Shown here: one piece after another, positions 43,615-54,998 of the stretch | Numbering within the stretch: the first letter of the stretch is position 1 | Layout of the letters: every line of letters begins with the position of its first letter | DNA from: Pirellulales bacterium | GTDB lineage: Bacteria > Planctomycetota > Planctomycetia > Pirellulales > PALSA-1355 | Direction: 5' to 3' | Assembly (NCBI GenBank): GCA_963733035.1 | Contig: CAVTBU010000007.1 | Span: 480,001 to 544,000, forward strand | DNA length: 64,000 nt | The notes under the pieces: model-generated | Databases searched by the model: none | What the model saw: the letters and a program-made list of their open reading frames with translations, nothing else | Told to the model about the DNA's origin: nothing | Translations under genes and position numbers: made by a program

Positions 43615-46600
43615 ATGATAGCAAGACTCCAGTGGCTGCTCATGGCACTCGCGCTCGCTGCCGGTCCGTCGGCAGCTGCACGCGGCGTCGAGCCCGTGGA
43701 ACAGTTCCTCGATGCGCTGCGCCACGGCAAGTATTTCGACGAGGCGCTCGTCTACGTCGATCAGTTGCAGACGCTGCCCTCGACGACTGAGGCGATTCGG
43801 CAGCGTGCCGACTACGAACGCGGCCTCACGCTGCTAGCTCAGGCTAGTGAACCGGGCGATCCAGCGCTGCGGCGCAGTCAGTTGGCCCGGGCCGCCGAAG
43901 CCTTCGAGAAATTTGCCGCGGACCAGCCGCAACATGAATTGGCCGGTTCGGTACGCAACCAGCTGGCCAATATCCTGGTCGAACGCGGGCGGAGCGAGTT
44001 GAAAGCCGCCCCCGATGTCGGCAGAGAGGCGGCCACGGTCGCTGCCCGTGAGCTTTACCAACAGGCTCGCGAGCAGTTCATCAAGGCCGAAAAGCTGCAA
44101 GGCGAACAATTGAAAACGCTGCCCAAGCTGATCCCTCCCGATCGGGCGGATTTGCACGCTTTGAAGCTTCGTCTGGCCGGCGACCAAGCGCAGGCGCGCT
44201 TGATGCTGGCCAATATCGACTACGAACTGGCCAAGACGTTCGATTCCAAGAGCGGTGAGGCCAAGGACCATTTCACGGCCGCGGCTAAGAGTTACGCCGC
44301 CCTGCACGACGCTTATCGCACTCGTGCCGTGGGCCTGCTGGCCCGACTGTGGGAAGGCCGCTGCTATCAGGAATTGGGCCGTTTCGATCAGGCTTTGGGT
44401 TGTTATCGAGAATTGATGGACTTGCCCGACTCGGCCGAAACGCGGGCGATTCGCAGTAAGAGCACGCGGCAGGCGATGGAGTGCTGGACGCAGGACACCG
44501 TCCAGAAATATCAAGCGGCCGTCGAGCGGGGAGGACTTTGGCAAAAAGAGCATGGCGATCAGCCCTCCGACGCCGATGACTTGGCGATTCGCTATCTGAC
44601 GGCCGTGGCCTATCAACAGCAAGCCAAGTCGCTTCCCGAGAAAGACCCCAATCGCAAGCGGTTGAGCGGCGTGGCGCGGCAGTACGTGCAACCCGTCGCT
44701 CGGCATCCCGGCGAATTCCAGCGTCCGGCGAAAATGCTGCTCGTGGCGTTACAAGGTAAGACCGCGGCCGAGAAGGAAACCAAAGTCGCGCCCAAGAACT
44801 TTGCCGAGGCGTTCGAACAAGCCCAGGCAGCCTTGGCAAAGATGCAGGAAGCGGCAGCCAAGAACGCGACGCAAGAAAAAAACGCGGCGGCCCTGGAGGC
44901 GATGGACTTGTTACGGCTGGCCATCAGCATGCGTGACGCCCAGACTCCTGCCGACGCGTTGATTTCCGCCCGCTACTATCTTTGCTATCTCAATTGGGAT
45001 TTGGGCAACTACTACGATGCCGCCGTACTCGGTGAGTACCTCGGCAAACGCTTTCCGCAAACCCTCCCCGGGCGGCAAGGCGCCAAAATTGCCCTGGCCG
45101 CGTGGGTGCGGTTGTACGGCGAGTCAACGGCCGAGGATCGTTCGTTCGAGGTGGCGCAAATCCAACGCGTGGCCGAGATGACGTTCCGGCAATGGCCCGA
45201 CCAGCAAGAGGCCGAAGAAGCGGCGCTCACCCTGGTAAATTTCGCGGCTGCTGCCGGGCAGGTTGAAAAGGCGACCGAGTATCTCGCCAAAATCTCACCC
45301 GATTCTCCCCGCCGGGGCCAGGCCGAGCTGGCGCGGGACAGGCATTGTGGTCGACGTATCTCCACGCGTTGCGAGAGCCCGAGGGCGATCGGCCGTCGGA
45401 GGCCGAACTGAACTCCCTGCGCAAGCAGGCTCAGGAAATACTCAAACAAGGCATCGAGCGGGTCAAGGACCGCGGTCTGGTCGACGCGACACTGGCGACC
45501 GCTGCATTCTCGCTCGTTCAGATTTGCCTCGAAAACGACAATGCCAAACAGGCCGTCCAATTGCTTGAAGATCCGAAATTCGGTCCGCTCACGCTGGTCA
45601 CTTCCGGCAGCGACGCCGCCCGCCGCGAGGGCTTCGCGGTGGAAACCTACAAAATGGCGTTGCGTGCGTACATTGCCGACGATCCCCCGCAACTCGAAAA
45701 GGCCGAACAGGCCATGAAGTCGCTTGAAAAGCTCGTGCAGGAGAGCGGCGACGCCAAAGCGGGCGAAAACCTAACGGCCATCTACATCAGTCTTGGCCGC
45801 CAACTGCAGGCCGACCTCCAGACGCTGCGTAAAAGCGGCAAGACGAAGGACGTCGAGCGCACCGCCGAAGCCTTTCAGGTGTTTCTCGATCGTTTGCTTG
45901 CGCGGAGCGCGGGAGGCAGCCTGCCCTCGCTCAACTGGATCGCTGAGACCTACACCCAACTCGGGAAGGATTTTAGCGACGCCGAGGGGAGCGCTTCGTC
46001 GCGCGCGCAGCAATGCTACGCAAAGTCCGCCTCGGCTTACAAACAGTTGTTGGCCGCCGCCGAGAAGGATCCCCGCTATCAGGCCGCACCGGATTCCCTG
46101 TTGGCGATCCGGCTGCGGATGGCTGATGCCTATCGCGGCGCCGGCAACTATGACCAGGCGACGCTCGCCGTCGACCAGGTGCTGCGCGACAAACCTTCGC
46201 TGCTAACGGCGCAAGTGACCGGCGCGGCCATCTACCAGGCCCGCGGCGCGACCGACCCGACGGGTTATGTCAAGGCAATCATGGGTGGCTCGCCCGATCC
46301 GTCTGGACGCAACCGCATTTGGGGTTGGTCTCAGCTTTCGAAGATGACCATGAACAACGAGAAATTCTCGGACACGTTTCACGAGGCCCGATTGAACATC
46401 GTGGAATCTCGGTATCGCTACGCACTGGTTCAAAAGGATGCCCAGCAGCGAGACAAGATTCTGCGAGCGGCCGTGGAAGATGTCCGCACAACCTACAACG
46501 TGAAGCCCGACCTGGGTGGTCCCGAAATGACGGCCAAGTACGACCGGGCGCTCAAACGCGTGCAAAAGGCGCTGGGACAACCGGAGACCGGGCTTAAGGA

Positions 46601-46640
46601 AATCACGAAACCCACGGACAACGCGGCGGTGACCAAATGA
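43615..46640 (+). CDS. Large secreted TPR/alpha-solenoid protein, frameshift near 45330
   Basis: Signal peptide; Ala/Leu/Glu-rich helical repeats continue from ORF 43519-45411 into ORF 45345-46640. Confidence 0.75.
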
Positions 46641-46666
46641 CAGACTTCTGTGCCAAGAGGTGTGCA

Positions 46667-47698
46667 ATGCGAATCCTTTCAAGCGGATTGGCAATCACGT
46701 TGGCTTTGTCCTTGACCGCGCCGGCGGCGCTTGGCATTGACCGCGTCAAGGTATTGCAAGGGGCCCAGCAGAACGGCGACGTGTCCGACACGACCGCGAC
46801 GGAAGTTACCGTCAAGGTCGGCGCTACGACCAAGCAGGTGCCGGTCAACGAGATCGACTCGGTGCAGTTTGATTCCGAGCCCACCGAGCTCACTCAGGCC
46901 CGCGCGGCCATCAAGAGCGGGCGGTTTGACGATGCGCTGGCGAACCTGAACAAGATCGCCCCCGGTGAAATGCGACGTCCGCTGATCGCCAAAGACGTGC
47001 AGTTCTACGAGGCCCTGGCTTCGGCGCGGTTGGCTTTGACCGGTCGCGGTGCGATTGCCGAGGCGGGCAAGAAGATGTTCGCTTTTGAAAAGAACAATAC
47101 AGAAAGCTATCACTACTTCGAAGCCTGCGAGGCCCTGGGCGATTTGCTTGTCGGAGCGGGCAACTTCCCGGCCGCCGAAAGCTTCTACACAAAACTCGCC
47201 AAGGCTCCTTGGCCCGAGTACAAGATGCGGGCGGCCGTGCTCGTGGGCCGTGCCTTGGTTGGTCAAAAGAAATTCGAGCCCGCGATCGCCAAGTTTGACC
47301 AGGTGCTCACCAGCGATGCCGCTGGCAGCGAAGCCCGCAATGAAAAAACCGCAGCCAAGCTCGGCAAGGCATCGGCCCTTAGCGGAATGGGGCAGACGGA
47401 GGAAGCGGTCAAACTAATCGACCAGGTTATCGCCACGGCCGATCCGGACGCCGAAGAACTGTACGCCCGCGCGTACAACCTGCTGGGGCATTCCTATCAG
47501 GCGGCCGGAAAGGTCAAGCCAGCAATCGTGGCCTATTTACACGTGGACTTGTTGTACCCGCGATTTCCCGAACAGCATGCCGAGGCACTGGCCAATCTGG
47601 CGAAGTTGTTCGCCGAGGACAAGAAGGCCGACCGCGCCGCTCAGGCCCGCAACACACTGAAGGAGAAGTATCCCCAGAGTGCGTGGGCGAGCAAATGA
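46667..47698 (+). CDS. Secreted TPR-repeat protein (CpoB/BamD-like C-terminus)
   Basis: Signal peptide; TPR helices; A..AYLHVD.LY, AEAL..L, L..KYP.S.WA. Confidence 0.82.
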   Translation: MRILSSGLAITLALSLTAPAALGIDRVKVLQGAQQNGDVSDTTATEVTVKVGATTKQVPVNEIDSVQFDSEPTELTQARAAIKSGRFDDALANLNKIAPGEMRRPLIAKDVQFYEALASARLALTGRGAIAEAGKKMFAFEKNNTESYHYFEACEALGDLLVGAGNFPAAESFYTKLAKAPWPEYKMRAAVLVGRALVGQKKFEPAIAKFDQVLTSDAAGSEARNEKTAAKLGKASALSGMGQTEEAVKLIDQVIATADPDAEELYARAYNLLGHSYQAAGKVKPAIVAYLHVDLLYPRFPEQHAEALANLAKLFAEDKKADRAAQARNTLKEKYPQSAWASK

Positions 47699-47874
47699 TG
47701 AACCACCAGTCCGCCTTGGCGAAAACCACCCGGCGGCGATAAACTGAGCCGGCACGAGGGAGATCTCGACTCACGATGTATGCTTAATCGGCGGTTTTCT
47801 GCGACGAAGCGGGCCGCCGAACTGAATCAACCGAAATATAAACTTCCGGAACCAAGGAACTTCGAGGAATTCTT

Positions 47875-48669
47875 ATGCGGTATGACTCTCGCCTGCGTAG
47901 GCATCTTGTCGCGCTCGTATGTGCGATCGCTGTGGGCATGGCGATCGGTCCCGTGTTGGGCACGACGATGATTCAGACCGCCCGTGCCCAAGAGGCCCCT
48001 GCCGATGGCGGCGACGCCGCGCCCCCTGCCGAAACCAGCGCACTGGGGTTTTACTACCGCGCGCTCGGCCCAATCTATACGATCGTATTCCTTTCACTCT
48101 CATTTATTTTCGTGGCGCTGATCGTCATGAACATTATGTCGATTCGCCGGCAGAGCGTGGTGCCGCCCGATCTAGTCGAAAACTTCGAAGCCATGCTCAA
48201 CGAAAAGCGGTTTCAAGAGGCCTACGAACTGGCCAAGAATGACGAGAGCTTTCTGGGCCACGTACTGGCTGCCGGGTTGGCCAAACTGCAGGAAGGCTAT
48301 CCGCAGGCCGTCGAGGCGATGCAGGAGGTGGGCGAGGACGAAAACATGCGACTTGAACAGCGGCTCAGTTACATCGCGCTGATCGGCACCGTCAGCCCGA
48401 TGATCGGACTGCTGGGCACGGTCAACGGCATGGTCGACGCCTTTCAGACGATCGCCCGCACCAACTCGCAGCCCAAGCCCTCGGAACTGGCCGGCGGCAT
48501 TTCGACGGCTCTGATCACCACGCTGGTTGGCCTGCTGTTGGCGATTCCGGCGATTGCGTCGTTCGGCATCTTCCGCAACCGCCTGGCAAGGTTGGTGCTT
48601 GAAGTGGGCATTTTCAGCGAACGTCTGATGAGCCGATTCCAGAACGTGGGTCCCAAGAAGCCGATGTAG
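47875..48669 (+). CDS. MotA/TolQ/ExbB proton channel protein
   Basis: IG.VSPMIGLLGTV.GM..AF, LAGGIS.AL.TT..GL..AIP. Confidence 0.95.
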   Translation: MRYDSRLRRHLVALVCAIAVGMAIGPVLGTTMIQTARAQEAPADGGDAAPPAETSALGFYYRALGPIYTIVFLSLSFIFVALIVMNIMSIRRQSVVPPDLVENFEAMLNEKRFQEAYELAKNDESFLGHVLAAGLAKLQEGYPQAVEAMQEVGEDENMRLEQRLSYIALIGTVSPMIGLLGTVNGMVDAFQTIARTNSQPKPSELAGGISTALITTLVGLLLAIPAIASFGIFRNRLARLVLEVGIFSERLMSRFQNVGPKKPM

Positions 48670-48735
48670 TCCGCCCGCGCTTAGAGCCAACAACGCCCTT
48701 CCGAGAAGTTATCGCGGGTCCCGAGGTCGAACGTC

Positions 48736-49182
48736 ATGCGATTGAAGCCCAAGTATCGACAGGCGAATCCTGAGATGGATATGACGCCCATGATCGATAT
48801 GACGTTTCAGTTGATCGCCTTTTTCATGGTGCTGTTGAACTTCAGCGAAACCGAGCAGGACGCCCGCATCAAGCTCCCCAGCAGCGAGTTGGCCAAACCG
48901 CCAGAAATGGCCCTCGAGTCGCCGCTCGTGCTGCAGTTGACGAACGACGATCGGGTGATCTTTGGTGGCGAATTGTTGTCGATCCCCGAGCTGGGAGGCC
49001 CGCTGCGCAACGAGCGCCGTTTCCTGGAACTCAACGGCCTGAAGCCCCAGGACGCCAACGTCATCCTGCCGCCGATGCGGACGCCAAGACCGGCGTCGTG
49101 CAGGAAGTGATGCAGCAGTGCCAGGAAAACGGCTTTGAAAACTTCGCCCTGCGCAAAACAGGAGCAGGGAGATACGCCATGA
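48736..49182 (+). CDS. ExbD/TolR family protein, apparent indels near 49070 and 49155
   Basis: MDMTPMIDMTFQL; C-terminal ADADAKTG.VQEVM..C...GF.NF.L lies in a shifted frame; end inferred at the ATGA overlap with the next gene. Confidence 0.8.
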
Positions 49183-49667
49183 GACTCCGTCGCTCCGCGG
49201 GCGAACTTTCCGAGAAGGTCGACATCGCCATGACGCCGATGATCGACATCGTCTTTCTGCTGCTCGTTTTCTTCCTGTTCAATTTCCAAATCGTGGTGCA
49301 GGAAGGCGACTTCAACATTCGCATGCCGGTGGCCGGGCCCGCCAGCTCGACGAGCCTCGACACGCAACTTCCCATCAAGGTGCGGCTGCTGTCCGACGCC
49401 GAAGGCAACCTGACGGGCATCCGCATGGACGATCAGCAGTTGCCAAACTTTACTGCCCTGCACGAGCGGATCATGGGCCGCGTGGGTGGCGACGCCGGGC
49501 CGGATGTCGCCGATAACATCGAGGCCGAGCTCGACTGCGACTACAACCTCAAGTATCGCTACGTGATCAATGCCGTAACGGCCATTTCCGGCTACGTCAC
49601 GCCCGACGGTCACATCGTCAAGCTGATTCAAAAGATCAAATTCTCGCCCCCCAAGAAGCCGACCTGA
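49179..49667 (+). CDS. ExbD/TolR family protein
   Basis: MTPMIDIVFLLLVFF motif. Confidence 0.88.
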   Translation: MRLRRSAGELSEKVDIAMTPMIDIVFLLLVFFLFNFQIVVQEGDFNIRMPVAGPASSTSLDTQLPIKVRLLSDAEGNLTGIRMDDQQLPNFTALHERIMGRVGGDAGPDVADNIEAELDCDYNLKYRYVINAVTAISGYVTPDGHIVKLIQKIKFSPPKKPT

Positions 49668-49712
49668 TCGGCGCGCGGGGAGCGCTGCGGTTAGCTCGCT
49701 CTCCTTCGGACT

Positions 49713-50654
49713 CTACCCTCGCGGGTGGAACTGTTTGTGAATCTTCTTGAGGCGCGCCGGATCAACGTGCGTGTAGATTTGTGTTGTCGCAATGCTGGCG
49801 TGTCCCAACATTTCCTGCACCTGTCGCAAATCGGCCCCTCCGGTCAACAGATGCGTGGCAAAGCTGTGGCGAAGCGTGTGCGGACTCATGTCTGACGAAA
49901 TGCCCGCCATTGCGGCGTGCCGTTTGAACAGCTCCCAAATCCTCTCCCGCCGTAACCTCAATCCTCGCCGCGAAACCAGCAGCCATGGCGGCGGCGGCGC
50001 GCGATGCGCCACGCATTTGGGGCGCTCATGGGCCAAATAGTCGCGCACCGCTTGGATGGCCCGCTTGCCCAACGGCACCAGCCGTTCCTTGTTTCCCTTG
50101 CCCTTGCACAGGCAGTAACCTTCGTCCAGATGAGCATCGACGACCTGCAGGTGCGAGATCTCCGACGCCCGGCAACCCGTGGCATAGAGTAATTCAAGAA
50201 GCGCCCGATCGCGGCGCCACAGTGGTTCGCCCCGTTTAGGGCTATCGAGCAGCCGTTCGACCATCCCGGGCGTCAACACGTGCGGCACGCGCTCCCACAG
50301 CTTTTGGCTGCCCAGCAACTCCGCCAGATTCTCGTGCAAGAGTCCTTCGAGCTGCAGATAGCGGAAGAAAATCCGTAGCGACGCCAGGTGCCGTGCAATG
50401 CTGGCCGGAGCCAGCTTGCGCTCGTGTAGCCAGCCGGCATAGTCGGCCAGTTCCTGAATCGTGAGCGTCTGCACGCGCCGACCTGCCAGCCAACCGTAGA
50501 ATCGCTTCATGTCGCGGTGGTAGGCCGCCACGGTGTTTTCCGACAGGTGGCACTCCGACCGCAGATATTCCACGAACGATTCGATCCAGCGGCCCGTGAT
50601 TGCACCGCTTGCCACGGCGGCCGGCTTGAGCAGTTTTCGACGCGGTCCGCCCAT
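49713..50654 (-). CDS. xerD: Site-specific tyrosine recombinase XerD
   Basis: S.NT..AY..D, RDRALLELLYATG.R.SE, GKG.KERLVP, PHTLRHSFATHLL.GGADLR.VQEMLGH, TTQIYTHV, FHPR. Confidence 0.88.
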   Translation of the reverse strand: MGGPRRKLLKPAAVASGAITGRWIESFVEYLRSECHLSENTVAAYHRDMKRFYGWLAGRRVQTLTIQELADYAGWLHERKLAPASIARHLASLRIFFRYLQLEGLLHENLAELLGSQKLWERVPHVLTPGMVERLLDSPKRGEPLWRRDRALLELLYATGCRASEISHLQVVDAHLDEGYCLCKGKGNKERLVPLGKRAIQAVRDYLAHERPKCVAHRAPPPPWLLVSRRGLRLRRERIWELFKRHAAMAGISSDMSPHTLRHSFATHLLTGGADLRQVQEMLGHASIATTQIYTHVDPARLKKIHKQFHPRG

Positions 50655-50891
50655 GAACGTGTGCCTAGGGCCTCGTGAGGGAATTGCCGGCCTCGCTGCA
50701 AGCGGGATCTTGGCCGGACTCACCTCTTTGGTTCGTCGGGCCAAGCCTGCCGGCTGTAATGGGATTTGCGAGGCCCGCGATTTGTGCCTATGCTTCAGGG
50801 CAATCCCGACCGGCCTTGCCGGTAAGGGACCGCCGAAGCGCTCGCAAAATCAACACAATCCGTGCAATTGCCACGGCTTTCCATCGCGGAG

Positions 50892-51884
50892 ATGCTCAAC
50901 TTGAAAGTGCTCGTGGTTGGCGGCGCAGGATACATCGGAAGCCATGCCGTGCGGTTGCTCGCGCGGTCAGGACACGACGTATGGGTCTACGACAACCTTT
51001 GCGATGGGCATCCGCAGGCGGTTCCCGAGGGGCGGCTGATCGATGGCCAGCTCAGCGACCGCCCGCGGCTGGTCGCCGCCATGCGCGAGCATGAGATTGA
51101 CGCAGTGATGCACTTCGCGGCATTTGCGTCGGTGGGCGAATCGGTCGTCGATCCTGCCAAGTACTATCAAAACAACATCGTCGGCACGCTAAACCTGCTG
51201 GAAGCGATGCGCGAGGCGGGCGTCACGCGATTGGTGTTTTCCAGCACCACCGCCACCTATGGCGTGCCAGAACGGATTCCGATCACCGAGGAAGAACCGC
51301 AGCGGCCGATCAACCCCTACGGATTCAGTAAACTAGTTATCGAACAGGCAATGGCCGACTACGCGCTGGCCTATGAGCTGGGTTACGCCGCCCTGCGCTA
51401 TTTTAATGCCTCGGGTGCAAGTCCCGATGGAGACCTGGGTGAGGATCACGATCCCGAGACGCATCTAATTCCGCTGGTGCTGCAGGTGGCGCTCGGACAG
51501 CGTTCGCACATCACCATCTTCGGCGATGACTACCCTACGCCCGACGGCACCTGCATTCGCGACTATGTGCACGTCGACGACCTGGCCACGGCGCACCTGG
51601 CCGCGCTCGAGCGACTGGAACCCGGTAATGGGATCAAGCTGAACCTGGGCACTGGCCGCGGATATAGTGTGCAAGAAGTCGTGGATGCCTGCCGCCGCGT
51701 CACCGGGCATGAGATTCCCGCCAAGATGGGCTCCCGCCGCGCCGGTGACCCTCCGGAATTGGTGGCCGATTCGTCCAAGGCCCAGAAGCAACTCGCGTGG
51801 CGTCCCAAGTACAACGACATCGATTCGATCGTCGCCACCGCCTGGAAATGGCACTCATCGCACCCGCACGGGTATCGCAGCTAG
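50892..51884 (+). CDS. galE: UDP-glucose 4-epimerase
   Basis: GGAGYIGSH, HFAA...VGES, NPYG.SK, LRYFN, DGTCIRDY.HV. Confidence 0.95.
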   Translation: MLNLKVLVVGGAGYIGSHAVRLLARSGHDVWVYDNLCDGHPQAVPEGRLIDGQLSDRPRLVAAMREHEIDAVMHFAAFASVGESVVDPAKYYQNNIVGTLNLLEAMREAGVTRLVFSSTTATYGVPERIPITEEEPQRPINPYGFSKLVIEQAMADYALAYELGYAALRYFNASGASPDGDLGEDHDPETHLIPLVLQVALGQRSHITIFGDDYPTPDGTCIRDYVHVDDLATAHLAALERLEPGNGIKLNLGTGRGYSVQEVVDACRRVTGHEIPAKMGSRRAGDPPELVADSSKAQKQLAWRPKYNDIDSIVATAWKWHSSHPHGYRS

Positions 51885-51993
51885 CGATTAGACTTTTCAG
51901 CAATCTTCGCCACGGGAATTGGACTTCCGTCCGGTCACATCGCTAGGATACTAGGACCCCCATAAGGAGGTCTTTAGCAAAGGATACCTCGCA

Positions 51994-52998
51994 ATGTCCC
52001 GTGCAACGCTACCGATCGTAATGCTCTCGGAACTGGTTCACGGCCAGGAGGCCGACCTTTTCGTGTTGATGACGGTCAAGGAGGAGCTGACCACACGCGA
52101 CGGCAAGCCCTATTTTCGCGTGGCGTTTCGCGACCATGCCCGGGAAGTGACGTTTCCCATCTGGCAGGATTCACCCTGGGGCAACGACTGCCGCGAGGCC
52201 TGGCAGCCTGGCTCGTTCTACAAAGTGCGGGCCGTCTATCGCGAAACCAGCTACGGACCGCAGCTCGACCTGCGCAAAATTCGCGAAGTGAACGCTGCCG
52301 ACCGGGCCGACGGGTTCTCACCAGCCATGTGCCAGCCGCAAACGCGATTCGAAGCGGGGGCGATGTACGATGAACTGCTGGGCATGGCCACCGAGCGGAT
52401 TGCAGACACCGAGCTGCGGGCGTTGGTCGTCCATCTGCTCGAGTCGAACCGTGAAGCGCTACTGACACTGCCGGCGGCGACCCACAACCATCATGCCTTC
52501 GTTGGCGGCTGGCTCGAGCACGTGCTCAGTGTCACGCGCACAGCCGTCTACCTGGCCGACAAGTACGACGATTACTACCCAAATTTGAAGCCGCGGCTCG
52601 ACAAAAGCGTCGTCGCGGCCGGCGCGATTCTGCACGACATTGGCAAACTCCGTGAGATCGAGGAGAGCCCGACCGGCGCGGAGTACACGGCCGCGGGAAA
52701 TTTAATCGGCCATATCCTGCAAGGCCGCGACATGGTCCGCGAAGCCGCCGTTGGGAAAAACGTTAACGCCGAACTACTTTTACGCCTCGAACACGTGATT
52801 GTTTCGCATCAGCGGCTGCCGGAATGGGGTTCTCCCAAGCCGCCGATGACGCCCGAGGCCCTGATTGTTCACTATGCCGACGACTTGGACGCGAAGTACC
52901 AGATGATGGCCACGATCCTCGGTGAAGACACGACGCCCGGCCCGATGACATCAAAAAAGAACGCGCTCTATCAGAAGGTGTACAAAGGGGACGGATAA
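51994..52998 (+). CDS. OB-fold + HD domain 3'-5' exoribonuclease (YhaM-like)
   Basis: N-terminal OB fold; PAA...HHA..GG.LEH, LHDIGK, GHI, SH, P.TPEA...HYAD.LDAK. Confidence 0.88.
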   Translation: MSRATLPIVMLSELVHGQEADLFVLMTVKEELTTRDGKPYFRVAFRDHAREVTFPIWQDSPWGNDCREAWQPGSFYKVRAVYRETSYGPQLDLRKIREVNAADRADGFSPAMCQPQTRFEAGAMYDELLGMATERIADTELRALVVHLLESNREALLTLPAATHNHHAFVGGWLEHVLSVTRTAVYLADKYDDYYPNLKPRLDKSVVAAGAILHDIGKLREIEESPTGAEYTAAGNLIGHILQGRDMVREAAVGKNVNAELLLRLEHVIVSHQRLPEWGSPKPPMTPEALIVHYADDLDAKYQMMATILGEDTTPGPMTSKKNALYQKVYKGDG

Positions 52999-53032
52999 AG
53001 TCAGGCAGAGGACGAATTCGAAACGAGTCGAT

Positions 53033-53434
53033 TCACTCGTCGTCCTTCTGGGACCGGCCTCTTTTACCTGCGTCCTTGGCATCCTTCGGCAAATCGAGGC
53101 TGCAGCAGCCGAGGTTGAGCGTATTGACGTTGCTGTCTGTGTGGGCGGCGATTTGGGGGTCCAGGCGATAGATCACAAACTTGCCGTTCCTCTCCGTTTG
53201 CACCACGCCCGCGTGACGCAGCACACCCAGGTGGTGCGAGACTTTCACCATGTCTTCGCCCAGAACGTGCGAGATTTGCGAGACGTTCAATGGCCCATTC
53301 AGCAGGCAATTCACGATGCGCAGGCGATCCGGGTCGGCCAGAGCCTTCAGTCGGCTGGCGCATCGTTGGTAGTCGTCGTCGGTTCGCATGACAACGTTCA
53401 AGGCAGACGATTTGGCGGGGGGCCGGTGGTCCAT
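53033..53434 (-). CDS. ArsR/SmtB family transcriptional regulator
   Basis: KALADP.RLRI, VSHHL.VLR.AG.V...R.G..V.Y; C-terminal LGCC; start could be 53389. Confidence 0.88.
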   Translation of the reverse strand: MDHRPPAKSSALNVVMRTDDDYQRCASRLKALADPDRLRIVNCLLNGPLNVSQISHVLGEDMVKVSHHLGVLRHAGVVQTERNGKFVIYRLDPQIAAHTDSNVNTLNLGCCSLDLPKDAKDAGKRGRSQKDDE

Positions 53435-53507
53435 CGGTCGGCTCAGAATCCTAGGCAAAAGGCGAAATGCTAAGGCCGGCTCCTTTCGGCGGCCGCCCCT
53501 TAGAATA

Positions 53508-54899
53508 TCACCCCCCTGCCCCGCTGGGCAAACCCTTCAGCATTCGGTGGCTGTCGACACGATGACGCACATGCGGGCGCGACTTGCTGGCGATGATCAC
53601 GGGGTCTTCGTCCCCTATCACAGACCGCGCCGGAAGCGTGCCGGCTCGCACGATCTGTCCGCCGAGTTGAGCAATTTTGGCATCGAGCTGCTCGTATCCA
53701 CGGTCGAGGTGTTCGATGTTGTGGATCGTCGACTCATGCGCGGCCGCCAGACCCGCCAGCACCAAGGCCGCGCTGGCCCGCAGGTCGGAAGCGACGACTT
53801 CGGCGCCCGAAAATCGCCGTACGCCGTCGATGATGGCGAGCTTCCCGCACCGCTCGATGCGAGCGCCTAGCCGGTTCAACTCACCGAGGTGCAGGCAACG
53901 GTCGGGGAATACGTCGTCGGCCACATGGCTCGTTCCATCCGCCAGCGCCAACAATGCCGTCAGCTGGGCCTGCACGTCAGTGGGAATTCCGGGATACGGT
54001 CGCGCAATGAGCCGGGCGGGACGCGGTCGGCCCTCGGCATGGACCGTGATTTTCTCGTGGCCGCGGGCGACGTCGACGCCCATTGCCGTCAACGCATCGA
54101 GCACGGCGGTCAGGTGCTCGGCCCTGGCACCTACCACTGAAACAGTGCCCTGGGTGATGGCTGCCGCAATCAAGAGCGTGGCGGCTTCGATACGGTCGGG
54201 AATGATTCGATGCAGCACACCTCGGAGCTCCGCGACGCCGCTGATTTCCAGCGTCTCGCTCCCCAGGCCGGAAATCTCGGCACCGGCGGCATTCAGGAAT
54301 TGCCCCAGATCGACGATTTCCGGTTCGGCCGCGGCGCCGGTGATGACCGTCTTGCCCTCGGCCAGCGCTGCCGCGCTCATCACGTTGGCCGTGCCGGTCA
54401 CGGTCGTGCCATGCCTACCGCGCAGGTCGATCTGAGCCCCGCGCAGCTTGGCGGCTTCGGCAATCACGTAGCCACGTTCGATCCGCAAGTCGGCTCCCAG
54501 GGCATGTAGCCCGGCCAGGTGCAAATCGACCGGTCGCGTACCGATGTTGCAGCCGCCGGGAAGCGAAACCACGGCCCTGCCCCGTCGCGCCAGTAGCGGC
54601 CCTAGCACGCAGAAACTAGCCCGCATCCGCCGCACGAGTTCATATGGAGCCGTGGTCGAACGCCGATCCACCGTCGCCAGATGCAGGTCGCCGGCCAGAT
54701 CGCGTTTGACTTCCACGCCGAGCTGGCCGAGCAAAAGCGAGAGCGTTTGCACGTCAGCCAGATTGGGCACGCCACACAGCACGGTCGGTCCCTCGACCAG
54801 GATCGAGGCGGCCATGATCGGCAACGCGGCGTTCTTCGAGCCGCTGCAGGCCACGGTCCCATGCAGCCGGACTCCGCCCGTGATGCGCAAACAATCCAT
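53508..54899 (-). CDS. murA: UDP-N-acetylglucosamine 1-carboxyvinyltransferase
   Basis: SGSKNAALP, RMRAS, LPGGC.IG.RP.DLH, PDRIEA, PG.PTD.Q, DLRA, LDRGYE. Confidence 0.96.
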   Translation of the reverse strand: MDCLRITGGVRLHGTVACSGSKNAALPIMAASILVEGPTVLCGVPNLADVQTLSLLLGQLGVEVKRDLAGDLHLATVDRRSTTAPYELVRRMRASFCVLGPLLARRGRAVVSLPGGCNIGTRPVDLHLAGLHALGADLRIERGYVIAEAAKLRGAQIDLRGRHGTTVTGTANVMSAAALAEGKTVITGAAAEPEIVDLGQFLNAAGAEISGLGSETLEISGVAELRGVLHRIIPDRIEAATLLIAAAITQGTVSVVGARAEHLTAVLDALTAMGVDVARGHEKITVHAEGRPRPARLIARPYPGIPTDVQAQLTALLALADGTSHVADDVFPDRCLHLGELNRLGARIERCGKLAIIDGVRRFSGAEVVASDLRASAALVLAGLAAAHESTIHNIEHLDRGYEQLDAKIAQLGGQIVRAGTLPARSVIGDEDPVIIASKSRPHVRHRVDSHRMLKGLPSGAGG

Positions 54900-54998
54900 T
54901 GCTCGCCCCCCGCTTGATGCGTCCTTGCCGCGGCTGTTGTCAGAATATCGATCGGGCAGTTCATCCGCCCAAAGTTTCGCTCGTGGTGGGGCGTCGCC

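Noticed and set aside
15202..49182. Frameshifts in DUF1501, DUF1553, ruvC, vWA, large TPR and exbD genes as programmed frameshifting or pseudogenes
   Set aside because: Isolated small indels in GC-rich runs within otherwise intact conserved genes, with no slippery heptamers noticed; most simply sequencing/assembly errors
49713..50654. Tyrosine recombinase as the integrase of the cassette array
   Set aside because: Looks like housekeeping XerD in core context, lacks the integron-integrase insertion and is 7 kb from the array; no dif-like site was recognised in the repeats
53508..54899. murA in a planctomycete as a novelty
   Set aside because: Peptidoglycan synthesis in Planctomycetota is established, and the prfA-prmC-murA order is a known arrangement
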